This document shows, piece after piece, positions 1 through 11,774 of a stretch of 64,000 nt of DNA; position 1 is the stretch's first letter; each line of letters begins with the position of its first letter. This stretch comes from Azolla caroliniana (lineage: Eukaryota > Plantae > Polypodiophyta): contig JBHGNT010000001.1 in NCBI GenBank assembly GCA_043228905.1, positions 11,470,001-11,534,000 of the forward strand. Reading direction: 5' to 3'. Both the position numbers and the translations under genes were made by a program. The notes under the pieces are model-generated. The model was not told where the DNA came from and ran no database searches. It saw only the letters and a program-made list of their open reading frames with translations.

Positions 1-207
1 TGCTCGTGCCCTTGCCTGCCCAAAAACTGGGCAGATACGAGGAGGGGGGGGGGGCATGTCCAAGAAGAAAAGCTCATTGGCCGGAGCTTGACCGGCAAAT
101 GGACGGTCAAGTGAAGCGGCCGTCAATCGTTTGATGGAGGGACCCGTCTCATGGGCCAATTTTGGCCTTAGAAGACCTTAATATATCTTTCTTTTTTCTT
201 TCTTTCT
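1..207 (+). mobile_element. 3' end of a non-LTR retroelement (LINE or LINE-tail-bearing SINE), cut by the window start
   Basis: 146-207 (GTCTCATGGGCCAATTTTGGCCTTAGAAGAC plus TTTC-type tail) is nearly the exact reverse complement of the LINE tail at 2083-2141. The upstream body is GC-rich and does not match that LINE's 3' UTR. Confidence 0.6.
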
Positions 208-229
208 ATGTATTTCGAGCGTTTCTTGT

Positions 230-563
230 CCTCCCGTCTAGCGCCGTCCAAAAACGTTAACGGCGTTATTGCTCCTCTCGATTTCTTTTTCCTTCTCTAT
301 GTACATACAGACATATTGATATAGTTGTTTGAACTTTGAATGTTTCCTTCTTCCGTCAAACTTAACGGGAGGCCTTTCTTTTTCCTTGTTTCTTCTCTGC
401 TGCATTCCACCAGGAAATGGTTTTCTGAGTCAATTAAGCTCACCATCGCTTCTTTCTTCTCTTCTTCTTCTTCGTTCCTTCTCTTTATTTTCTGCCTACG
501 CAGGGATCTCATGCTCCCTTAGTCTCACCGTTCAACCTCCACATCTCATCCGAGAACACACAG
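230..563 (+). other. Putative non-coding first exon (5' UTR) of the glutaredoxin-domain gene
   Basis: CT-rich leader ending in a good donor CAG|GTATGA at 563/564. An acceptor TTCTTGTATAG lies at 7249, 9 nt before the ATG at 7259. The start boundary and the linkage are inferred. Confidence 0.4.
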
Positions 564-610
564 GTATGATTCTCTCTCTCTCCCCTCCATATATACACAA
601 GATTCCGGAA

Positions 611-618
611 TACGCGCG

Positions 619-654
<36 letters not shown>

Positions 655-657
655 TGC
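611..657. repeat. (CG)7 followed by (CA)n, an alternating purine-pyrimidine tract
   Basis: Directly visible: TACGCGCGCGCGCGCGCACACA...CACATGC. Confidence 0.95.
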
Positions 658-1249
658 TCAGGGTTTCATTGACACAGACAAAAGCTTGCTTGATTATTAA
701 CATATGCATATATGTGTGCGTGTGTCAAGACAGATAGTCTCCTTTTTTCATTGCAGATTTGACATAGAGATAATATTGCTTGCTATAATATATCTATATG
801 TCAATCTATCTATTTATAATATCGATTCCTATATATATTTTCTAGGGATTAATTGTCAACCTGGCAAAGAATGGATGTCTTGGTTTGCCTATTGCAAGTT
901 AAAAAATATAAGTTCTTGCTTTGTCTATGGGTTTTCAGGTTAAAGAGTCATTGTAGCTGAGAAAAGATCGTGAATCCATTGTACATAAACAATTTGCTTC
1001 GTTTCTGAATAAAAGAAAATAATTTGCATCCTTTCCAAATAAAAGAAACAAAGGACGTAAGACCATTTTCCTGAAATCCGAGATACGGAAGAAATAAAAC
1101 AAATTACCCTTATTCCAATCGAAGAAACAAACCGCCCAATCAAGGTCTTCCGATTGAATCAAACAAGAAAACGGATGATTCTTTGTATCGAAGAAAGGAA
1201 ACAGGAAATTGACAAAATATCAACATACCTTGTTTGAATCCAAGAAAGG

Positions 1250-1980
1250 AAGCTGTAAATCCGTACCTAATAATTGACGAGTTTGCAGATTTGACAGAGA
1301 AGTATTTAGTGCAGACATATCCATAGCTGATAACTGTGCAGTTTGCTGGTTTGACAGAAGAGTTTGATACATACATTATAAGAGAAGAAACAACAAAGTA
1401 CTTCCTTTCTGAATCCTTAGCTGACAATTGAAGAATTTGCAGATTTGACAGAAACAATTTAACATGTACATAAGCAAGAAACAAAGAAACTGAAAAGATA
1501 TAATTGCTAGATTACGGAATTTGCAGAAAGAGACAGCAATTTAAATTCCTTCAAATCTATTTCTGTTAATTTTTGAATTGACAGAGAAGGATTGGTACAT
1601 ACATCATATGCTTCGTAACAAAGGAAACGCAGAAACAAGTCTTTTCATCTAAATCCATAGCAAATACTTGCAGAGTTTGCAAGTTTGATAGAGAGCGCTT
1701 GATACATAGAGAGGAAGCAGAAACAAGTATTTTCATCTAAATCCATAGCAAATACTTGCAGAGTTTGCAAGTTTGACAAAGAGAGCTTGCTACATAGAGA
1801 GGAACTATACAGACATGCACACATCCAGACAGAGGAAAGGAAAATAAAGATCTGATTCTTGTTAATCCATCACCGAAAACTGCAGAGTTTCCAGTTCTCA
1901 AAGAGAAGTTTTAATACAGACAGTGATAGGAAAGGAAAGGGAAATTCAAGATCTGCTTTGTGATCTAATCCTTATCAGGT
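1250..1980. repeat. Degenerate tandem array of roughly 70-95 bp units
   Basis: Recurrent AAATCCATAGC...TTTGCAGATTTGACAGAGA motif. A near-identical 88-bp pair sits at about 1629-1716 and 1717-1804. Confidence 0.75.
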
Positions 1981-2082
1981 ATTGTTCTTGCCATGCATTT
2001 CTTCAGTTGTAAAAACAGTGTAGCGCAAAAATAGGATGCTTAATATTGGTTGCTAGGTGGTCTGTTGTTTAAATTTATGTTG

Positions 2083-5000
2083 AGAAAGAAAGAAAGAAAG
2101 ATATATTAACGTCTTCTAAGGCCAAAATTTGCCCATGAGACAATTGGTTTACAACAAAAATGGGGTATTTACCCATTCATCGAAAGAAAAAATAAAAACA
2201 AAATAAAATAAAATAGAGCTTAAGTTAAATGGTTCTAGTAAAAAACATGTTCTATAAGGAAATGGCTTTATACTAGGCCTAGTTTCATTTCCATCCAAGT
2301 CTCTCGAAAAGAAGTGGGAGGTCAAAGGTTCGATGTGGATGTGGCATGTGGTCCCAATGTAAGAGGTACCCCAACCATAGCTTCTAGGCGGCGTAGCTCA
2401 CGTTCCCTTATCTTCTTAATCATTTCTACTTCGTGTCGAGTTGCTTTGAAGCCCAACATTCGAAGGCGTTTGGTTGTTCTTTACATTTCTGCTTCATCAA
2501 GAGAGAGGCCGAGTGGCGTAGGTGTGTCCACATTTATTGTCTCCCCTTGTTCCTGAAAAATTACATTAGTTTCATATTGGTTGATATTAAAAGGGTTATC
2601 GTTAACACTTTGTAATTTATTCTCCCTATGTTGTTTTTGCTCTAAGATATACCTACCTAGTCTCTTTATATCCGGGGTATCTAATAGCTTGGAGAGGGTG
2701 GAAGAGGGTCCTAGTATGTCTTGGTATTTCGCCCTTATCTCGGCATAAGTTGGACACTTACATGTAAAGTGATGTTCATCCTTTATCTCAATGTGACATA
2801 ACCTACATAGCCTTTCCTCTCTAGGGACTCTATTAGCACGACCATTCTCAATCTCAAGTTGGTGAGATGATTTCCTGAGTTGTCCAATGGCCACCCTTAG
2901 TGCATTTGATAAGAATATATCTAGATATTTTGGTTGTGTAATAAAACCTAACTTAGAGAAGTGCAAGAAATGTTCCTTATAGTACAACATTTTAGATAGG
3001 AGTGGATCTTGTGGGGTGATCCATTTATATCGGGTGTAAATCTGCCATAGTTCTTGGCGTATTACTTTATTACGGTCTTCATGAGAGATTAAAGTTTGAT
3101 CAGTTCCATGGTTGTACTTAACGGGAGGTAGGTTATTAATGTTTATGCCATTTGCAAGTAACCAACTCACTACAGTGCTATACCAAGAGCTAGTGTCTCC
3201 GGACGCATATAGGGATCGGGATGCCTCAAAGGCTTGACGGGATATCCTATCTTGTGGTTGGCTATGTATTCGATTAATAAAAACTACCACTTGAAAAAGT
3301 GCTTCTACTAACATTGGGGGCAAATTGAACTCTGTTCTAATAATGTCATGTGGTATTGTCGATTTGCCTCGGAGTTGACGTGATAACATCATCACCAGAG
3401 GTCTCTCTAATTGCGTCCACATAAAAGATGGTAGACCTGGATCCCATACTAATGATGCATACATGAGGGAAGGGGTCACTAATGACTCAAAGAGCCATCC
3501 CTTAATCCGTGTCTCTTGAAAGTATGCCTGGTGGCATTGTCTCTCTAAGAGTGAGAGGGATGTATACTCTCTCGTTAGTCTTTGGCTGCTTGGGTCATCG
3601 AGAATTTACTTGAACGAGCACTAAAGGTGACTCCCAAGTACACATATGATCCAACTATCCCAACTGGTTTATGAGAGAGGATTAGATGACATTTACTTCT
3701 AACTCGAGACAATGTATGAAAGATAAGAACTTTAGTTTTCACTAGATTCACTACCAACCCTCGTTGTGTGCAAAAGTCATCTAGGGCATTAAGATGCTTT
3801 TGTAGGTCGTGTTCAGACTCCGAGAGCAAGACGATGTCATCTGCATAGAGTAAGAGACTAACTTGCGTACCCCCAATGGCTACTCCATTGCCTCCCTTAC
3901 GAGCAATAAAATCAGTGATCTCATCAATGTAGATCCCAAAAAGAGTCGGTGATAGGGGGCAACCTTGTTTTACACCAATGGCGCTGGTGAAGCAATCAGA
4001 TAGACCACCTGGGCATCTTACGCACCCAGAGACTTACTCATATAGAGCATAGATGGCCCAGATCATGCCAGTTGGTATCTCCAAGCTTTTGAGCCTATCA
4101 AACAACCGCTCCCTAGGAGCTGTGTCAAAGGCTTTGCAGAAGTCCATGAAGCAACAATATAGTTTCTTCTTGTGAGCCTTCGTCTGGTCAATTAAGCATC
4201 TAAGTGTGAAGATATGGTCAATAGTGGAGAAGGCTCATCTAAAACCAGCCTGCTCGGGTGCCTGAAGACTTAAGGTTTCCATATAATCACTGAGCTTTGC
4301 ACCATATAGTTTAGCGAGCGTATGACCTATCATAATGGTCCTTTATTTGGGTCCATTGGGTCCCCTCCTTTATGTATAGGGGCCACTGTGTTCATGGTCC
4401 ATTGTGGTGGAAAACCCTCGGCGAGGGCGCGATAAGATTAGTGTGAGAAAAGGGGTTAGGCACTCTCAAGCATATATGATGTGCTTGGCCCGTAAACCTA
4501 TGTGGTCCATGGATTTCCTATGACCTTTGTGACCCTAGAGGTCGTGAAAAGTGTCCCCATGGTAGGTCGAGGTGTGGAGGGCATGGGGATGGGGATGGGT
4601 GGTTGGTTCGGGACGTGGTAGAGTCTCTCTGTATATGTGTGCCAAGTGTTGGGAGTAGATGTCAGGAGCTCATGCGTGAAATGTATTGTGGTCTGATGGT
4701 TTGGTTGACTAGGGTTTGTGGCGTTGGAGGTGTCGCAATTTAGCTCAAAGTATAGGAAGCTATGGTCGGCACCAATAGGGCATGGGGCCACCCGGAAGGA
4801 GTTAATCATGTGGATAGCTTCAGGGCATCCTATCAGGTAATCAATTGTGCTTTCCCCTCCTCCATGTGGGAAACATGTGAGCTCTTCCGAGCCACCACTT
4901 GGCTAAGCCATTATATATGATCATTTGGTGTCTACTTTCGAGTTCAAGCAAATGATGGCCAAAGTTTGTGGCATCCGCACCTTGATCTTTTGATCTACGT

Positions 5001-5935
5001 ATTATGCCTATGGCTAAAGGGTCGACATTCACCATTTCGAGGTTTTTATCCATTTGAAATATTGTGCATTGTTGGGACTGGGTTCTCACATTGAAATCTC
5101 CTACAAGGAAGACTTCCCCTTGAGAAGAATATTGGATTATGCCATTTGATAAAGGTTCGTATGGAGAAGGCCCATGTGGCGCTCCTACGTCAACTATACT
5201 CGCCTCTCCAGCCATTTTATACCGGGATCCTTTCGGGGGGAAGTAACAAATGGCGATAAATATCGCCTGATCCTTGGTAGTGAGGACTTTCACCCACATA
5301 AAACGGGCTTTTAGGTCTGTCTTTAGTATTTCTATCCTATTATGTATCTCTCTCTGAAATAATATTGCAACCCCTCCAGACCCTCTAGTAGTGTGTCGAC
5401 GTGAGGTTTGTCTAAAGATAGATTCCCAACAAAAACCTTCAACTTGTGGCAGTCTTCGGTTTATTATAATTTATTATCATTCGTCCGTCTCGGTAAAAGG
5501 CGCGATGCCCTTCTTTACGAGCTTGTATGACTCGCGGCATACAAGTTTTACGGTGCTCAATTTGCAGCTTGGTAAGGTCCTCATCTAGGTAGATAGGGTC
5601 CCCGCCTAGTCCTCGAAGAATTGGTCTCTTCTTGAAAAATGTGATTCTAGATTCAGAGTCTTTAAACTGAAGGACTAAAGCTCTCTTCCTAGTAGTGTCA
5701 CGTCCGACCCTCCAAGTTTTGGTGATTGGTAGGGCCTCTGTGTACCCTAACATTTTCCCAAGTGTTCGTGCATCTTCGTCGGGAGATGCCCCTTCCTTGA
5801 GCCCAATGACTCGTACATTTAGGCGTTGAGCTTGACGCATTTTCTCCTCCTCAAGGGTAGTGTTTACAATATTTTCATTCTTTAGTTCATTTTTAATCTT
5901 ACGTTTGACTACATCGACCCAACCGGTTTTGGAGG
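2083..5935 (-). mobile_element. Degenerate LINE retrotransposon with ORF1 remnant, AP-endonuclease, RT and C-terminal CCHC finger; RTE-X/L2-like clade inferred
   Basis: ORF1-like RLNVRVIGLKE...IYLDEDLT (5439-5840). Endonuclease VFLVGDFNVRT and GADHS (4498-5299). RT VKQGCPLSPTLFG and LLYADD (about 3830-3980). SSHQLEIENGR...RLCRLC...EHHFTCKCPTY (within 2481-3479). Stem-loop plus (TTTC)n tail at 2083-2141. Stops, frameshifts and internal deletions are present. Confidence 0.92.
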
Positions 5936-6367
5936 AAGAAATCTGAGTTGTACACAGTTTGTGTAGTGCAGAAATATGACGTTTAATATTGATTATTGGG
6001 TTTTCTGTTGTTTAAATGTATGTAGAGAAAAAATATATTCTGTTGGATGAAGATGAAGAAATCTGGTTTACACAGTTTTCATGGTTATCTTCTCTATTTA
6101 ATGCAGTGAGAAGAAGATATGATGTGTTTGTGTCAAGAAATCTGAGTAATAGACAGTTGGTGTTGTGCTTTTCTGTTTATATGATCTGAGAGGGAGATAT
6201 AATATATTGGATGAAGAAATTCATGTAATAGACTGATTGTATATTTTTATATGTGCTCATATGAAGAGATAATGTGTTGGATAAAGAAATCTTGAGCATT
6301 ATGCAGTGACAATCTTTGCTTTGTCTGGTTTCTGTAGGTTATTTTAAGTAATTTATTCTGATTTTTT

Positions 6368-6960
6368 AGATTATGTTAAGAGATACACTATAATGAGATG
6401 ATTACAGTAGGAAGGTATGGGTGAAGAAATCCAAGTAATAGAGTCTCTCTTTCTTTCGCATGAAGCCATAACAGCCGTATTGTTCAGATAGTACATGTTT
6501 TTTTACATCCGTTTGTTCTATAGCGATTTCATTTTTCATTGGATATACACATATATATCTATATATATGTATACACACACACACACATATATATTATCAC
6601 TTTCTTCCCCATGAACCATAGCATCTATGTTTTTGCATATATTTTCATTGGTTTCTGTTGGTGATTTTATTTAATTTATTTTTGGTTTCTAGATTAGTTT
6701 GAGAGATATAGTTTAATGAGGTGATTACAGTAGGAAGGTATGAGTGAAGAAATCCAATTGACAGACTCTATTTCTTTCCCATCAAGCCATAGTACCTGTA
6801 TTGCTGCAGACAGTAATGTTATTTTACATTTGTTTCTAAAGCGATTTCATTTTTCATTGGATATATTTAGTTTTTCACTTTCTTCCCCATGAACCATAGC
6901 ATCTATGTTGTTGCATATAGGATATGTTTTGTCCACTGGTTTCTATAGTGATTTCCTTTC
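6368..6960. repeat. Tandem duplication of about 320 bp
   Basis: GATTACAGTAGGAAGGTATG...AGCGATTTCATTTTTCATTGGATATA...CACTTTCTTCCCCATGAACCATAGCATCTATG occurs twice (about 6368-6670 and 6690-6960). Confidence 0.85.
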
Positions 6961-7258
6961 TATTTGTGTTTTTATTTAAAGTGAAGGATTCCAAACTACC
7001 CTTGAGTTTCAGTTGATACCCCAAATGTTGTTGGTCAACTCCCTGAAAGAGAAATTATGTGGTCAATTCACCTCCATATTATCTATTTCAGGGTTGACAA
7101 AGGGCATTTGGGAAAATGACATAAACTCACGGGAAAGCAAAAAAACTCAGCAGGAAATTTTCAGAGGTTTTTCTGTTTGCTAAATTAGCTTAATTGGACA
7201 TGCCATATACATTTTAATAATGTAATTAAATTTGGTTATTCTTGTATAGGTAAGAATA

Positions 7259-8866
7259 ATGGGGAGCACAGTGTCCAAGCAGGATTCCAAGAAAGATCAA
7301 TGGAGAGTGTCCTTGTCTCGCAGTGCTTCTCTAGCAACTGGTAGTACTATATATGAAGCAAAAGAAAGCGCCAATCAGTTTTCAAGGAAATCCAGATTGC
7401 CAAGTATGCCTAACTCAAGTAGAAAAGATATTTCTCCTGTGAGTGGTTTATTTCCATCTTCTCAGCTTAATCCCATTCAAGAAGAAAATGGTAAAGAAGT
7501 CCTTGAGCTTTCAGATGAGAACAATACTGATGTTGCCACTACATTGTTATCAAAATGCAAGAGAAATGTATCATTTAGCCGCTCAATTTCTTTTCAATCA
7601 AATAGGAATGCAGATTCAGTTCAACTTATCCGTGAGCTAGAGTCTGATCATAAGTTGTTGAAATGTAATATGGTGGAAAGCACATCACGTAGTGCAATTG
7701 ATGTGGGCTCTGGATTCAACTCAACACCTAGTATTCCCAACGATCTGTCCATCGACAAAACTCCTGGTCTAAGATCTCTACTAAAGCCACATTTGAGGCC
7801 ATCGAGAAGCTTTGCTGCTCCCAGCAGAAATGTGAATGATTTCAATTCGACCTTATCCCCAAACAAGAGTTTCAGCCCAAGATGTAATGATGGCAATGAT
7901 GATCTTTCTGTTAAAAACAAGTTTTCACTTGATAAACATGACATTATGAAACCAGAGTGGATGAACTCGCCAGATATCTTATTAGAAGGAAATGATTTGT
8001 TTGATCCGTCTATACTTGCGAGTTTTGGGACATCTGGAATAATATCAGAAGATAATTGGCAGAGTTCAGACTCAAGTACTTCAGAGAATGTGACATCATC
8101 TTCAGGGACAAGCTCAGATGCTGATAGCCCAAAACTTGAAGAACCTGATGCCGTTGAATTATTCAAGAAATTCAGGTCTGGTAGCACGGTGCATAATCAA
8201 CACAGGTTTGAGGATTCATCTAATCATAGAACAAATGCTTTCAAAAGCTTTAGGTCTCTTAGAATGCGTGATGAACATGTGTTTGAGGATTCTTCTAATC
8301 ATACAACAAATGCATTCTTAAGCAGACAGTTTCCACTATCAAGAGAATTCTCCTTAAATAATGATAAAAAGGATTGGAATGGACAAGACTACCTCAATAT
8401 CTTTGAAAGAAGGTGTCCACCTAGGTGTGAGGATAAGGTGGTTCTCTATTTCACAAGCTTGCGTGGTATACGGAAAACATTTGAAGATTGTGGCAAGCTA
8501 AGGTTGATTATGAAAGTTTTCAGAGTGTATGTTGATGAGAGAGATGTATGGATGCATTCTAGATACAGACAAGAGCTTACTGAGGTTCTAGGTGCACCAT
8601 TACCTGTGCCAAGGCTATTTGTTTTAGGAAGATATATTGGTGGAGTTGAAGAAGTAGAACAACTTAATGAAGGTGGAATACTTGCAAAGATGATTGAAGG
8701 TTTACCTACCGAATGGGGGAGAGTATGTGATGTTTGTGGTGATGTTAGGTTCATACCATGCATCACCTGTAGTGGGAGCCGGAAGATTCTTTCAGAGGAC
8801 AATATGATTCAACAATGTCAAGAATGTAATGAGAATGGGCTTATTATGTGCCCCTCTTGTAAATAG
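7259..8866 (+). CDS. Glutaredoxin-domain protein (plant GRX-like / At5g39865-type family), 535 aa, single coding exon
   Basis: MGSTVSK N-terminus (myristoylation-like) and long Ser-rich region. C-terminal VVLYFTSLRGIRKTFEDC...VPRLFVLGRYIGG...CDVCGDVRFIPCITCSGSRK...CQECNENGLIMCPSC is typical of the family. Confidence 0.95.
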   Translation: MGSTVSKQDSKKDQWRVSLSRSASLATGSTIYEAKESANQFSRKSRLPSMPNSSRKDISPVSGLFPSSQLNPIQEENGKEVLELSDENNTDVATTLLSKCKRNVSFSRSISFQSNRNADSVQLIRELESDHKLLKCNMVESTSRSAIDVGSGFNSTPSIPNDLSIDKTPGLRSLLKPHLRPSRSFAAPSRNVNDFNSTLSPNKSFSPRCNDGNDDLSVKNKFSLDKHDIMKPEWMNSPDILLEGNDLFDPSILASFGTSGIISEDNWQSSDSSTSENVTSSSGTSSDADSPKLEEPDAVELFKKFRSGSTVHNQHRFEDSSNHRTNAFKSFRSLRMRDEHVFEDSSNHTTNAFLSRQFPLSREFSLNNDKKDWNGQDYLNIFERRCPPRCEDKVVLYFTSLRGIRKTFEDCGKLRLIMKVFRVYVDERDVWMHSRYRQELTEVLGAPLPVPRLFVLGRYIGGVEEVEQLNEGGILAKMIEGLPTEWGRVCDVCGDVRFIPCITCSGSRKILSEDNMIQQCQECNENGLIMCPSCK

Positions 8867-10768
8867 CCATGATACTTCAAGATTAGCGATAATAGACACA
8901 AGAAAAGAGCATTTAGGTCCCTGGAGAATATTGAGTTAGCATGTACAGCATGTATATTTATTCTTGAAAGATGTAAAGATCCCAATGCTAGTTTCACTAT
9001 GTAGATACTCAGAGATGGGAAACAGGGAGCCTAATAATGCTGGAGCCTGGTAATGTTGTGGTTCTACAAGGGAATTTCTTTTGATAGGCTCACCCGCATG
9101 AAATGTAAGTGTATTGTTTTCATTCTAGAAGGTTATTAATATTTCCCCTCAATATTTTATGTATAGAGTTCTCCGAGGGCAGTACTCTGTCATCTATGTC
9201 ACATGGACATATATACAACATGTGAATTCATGTGAGTACTCTTTTTTCGTTGCTAGTACTAGCAAACATTGGATACATATATACCTGTATCACAAAATTG
9301 TATTGAGTAGTTGGTCATTATCTACGAGTTTTTGGGCCTATGCAATGGCCATATGCGGAAGTTGATTGATGTAGTCAATTTTCTTAGTGGAAAATATAAA
9401 ACTCTATTTTCTTTTTCTTTTTGTAATGTCCACCTAATGATTTCAACCATTTTCTTGGTTTTGTTAATCCTCTCTTCTTCTGTAGAAGAGATTCGTCGCA
9501 TTATGGAGTTGTTCCAAGTAATACTATCAGATTCTTGATTTATTCCTTTTCTCGAATGCATCAGAACAGGTTGGACCATAATGCAATTCCTTGTTATCTA
9601 AGTTTTTAAATAGGAAGATGTATGCACTAATGATTATAGAGAGAAATCATTATTCTTTAACCATTGATTCTGAATTGGATGCCTAGTGATTTTTGTCATG
9701 TGCGTGCCCCAAATTCCAAATCATGAGCATTTAGAGTGACTTGGGCTGGTTAAAATAGAGAGAGAGTTGAGGGTGTCTGATTTGAGTGATTGAATTAAAA
9801 GGAGTGATTGTAACCAGCCCTTTTCTGGACACAACTTGTACATATTGAAGCGATAGTTACAAAGGAAGTGCTTGGTAGGGTTCCAGAATTGGAGTTCAAA
9901 TAGAAGTAGGAGAGTAAACTGAATGATTCTATATCTGGAACTATTAAAAAACAAAGAAGTTTTAAGTGAGGTTATGTTATCGTTTGGAAAAAGATCATAT
10001 GTTTTATATGATATTGGCCATAGAAGAGTTCATAATTGTTTTTTCAATATTTTTAACAAAAGTTTCTAGGGACGATTTTTTAAGGATTTGTTTATCTATT
10101 TTTTTTATCAATATACATGTGTGGAAAATATGTTTCTAAATAATTGATGCCAATAAATATGCTCAATATTAATGGCATAAAGAATGTCAATGAAAGCCAT
10201 TGTTGGGAGCATAATTCTTATGATATATGATCTCAAACTAAATTTACATAGCTACAAAATGGGACTTCAGCACACAACCTTAATGTAAAGGACGCATGAA
10301 ACCATTATATTATTTTGCAACGATTCATGTTATTTTTATTGACATTTAGGAGTTTCTTATGAGATTATTACAAAGCGAAGTATATATCGGTAAGAACTTG
10401 ATTTGTCTCTTACAATCAATGTTGTATAATGCATTGGTCAAGTAAATGAGAACATGTGCTACAGCCTACAACACAATCTAAAAGTGTTGCCTTTATACCA
10501 GACATGGAAGCCATGAAGACACCTTCACCAAACCAATGTAATTTATTTTATAATTTATGATCATATCATTACTAAAATTTTGTCTTGAAAAGTGAGTTTT
10601 GATGTTGCATTCATTGTAAAAGTTCTTCACGTCTTGTTGACATAGATTTGCTTTTCACAACCCAATGGTAAAGAATGATACCATGCCTTATAAACAACAA
10701 TATGGATATATGGGTTCTAAGAAACATAATGACAAAGCTCATACATGATAAGGTATCATATTGGGTAC

Positions 10769-11211
10769 TGTTAGAGCTTAGATCTAAAGAGCATATGATA
10801 GATTAATAAGATAGGAGAGAGACTCGAAAGAAGGGTGTCGATCCACCCGACCACCCCCGAGCGAAGGGATCGAGACGGAGTCGAGCCTCGATCGGCATCC
10901 CATACCACCGCCGTGGCGTCGAGTCATACATGGTGCTGGCGCACTCGCTACAAGAGTTGACCCACCACAAGAACAGAGTCTCGACATAGTCAAGAGATGA
11001 TGAAATGAGGGTAGTTAGGCCTCATATTTATAGCCAGACCCAAGGCCCCCAGGCAAGTTCACACTTGGCCTAATGGGTTGTCTCAATCCCGAGTATTAAA
11101 AGTAATCCTCCCGTTCTTTACACTCTTGTTTAACCCTCACACTTTATCCACATGTATAGAATACTACGGTACATTCTCACCACGGGATATTATATGGCCA
11201 TGCCCGTAAGA
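10769..11211 (-). mobile_element. Solo LTR of the same Gypsy family as 28660-32263
   Basis: Its reverse complement matches LTR 28660-29119 along its length. Flanked by a 5-bp target-site duplication GGTAC/GGTAT; one terminal dinucleotide is mutated. Confidence 0.92.
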
Positions 11212-11774
11212 GGTATGAATTTCAGGTTTAAATACATATGTATGGATTTCAGACAATCTTTCAATTGAATTAGAGTATCGAAATTATTGATGCACCCAAA
11301 TATATATTGTGGGGTAGGTCACTTTGTCTAAATGTATGAATATGAGAGGATAAAATCAATAATGCTAAGTTTGTGTTGGGAGATTCAGGAGCATTCACAA
11401 ATGTTGGTTGTGTGGCCATGATGTGAATTAATAGGAAAATAAATATATTTAACTAGACCGTAAGGCTAGGTTTATTATGATGGGAACCACTTGTTATGCA
11501 CCTCAAGAAGTATGACACTAATTCTAGACAATGGGACAATGACTAGCCATGTTACATATATAAGTTGTTGAATGGTACCATTGTAAGAGTGTGCTATATG
11601 TGTCTTAGTATTGAACATTTGATTATTTGGTGTAAAATATTTCAATCTCTCACTGATTTATTTGGTGAAACTTCGTCTTTGTTTGAACTATGTAAATTGG
11701 TGGTGTTGTAGTGCATTACAATTGATTCTTGATTCCACTCCCTATTGGGGAATGGAATTTTCAACAATGTATTC

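Noticed and set aside
1250-1980. CRISPR-like repeat-spacer array
   Set aside because: Units are degenerate whole-unit duplications without unique spacers; the context is eukaryotic and there are no cas genes.
7648-8802. Antisense ORFs (179 and 118 aa) over the glutaredoxin gene
   Set aside because: Typical shadow ORFs opposite a real CDS, with no motifs.
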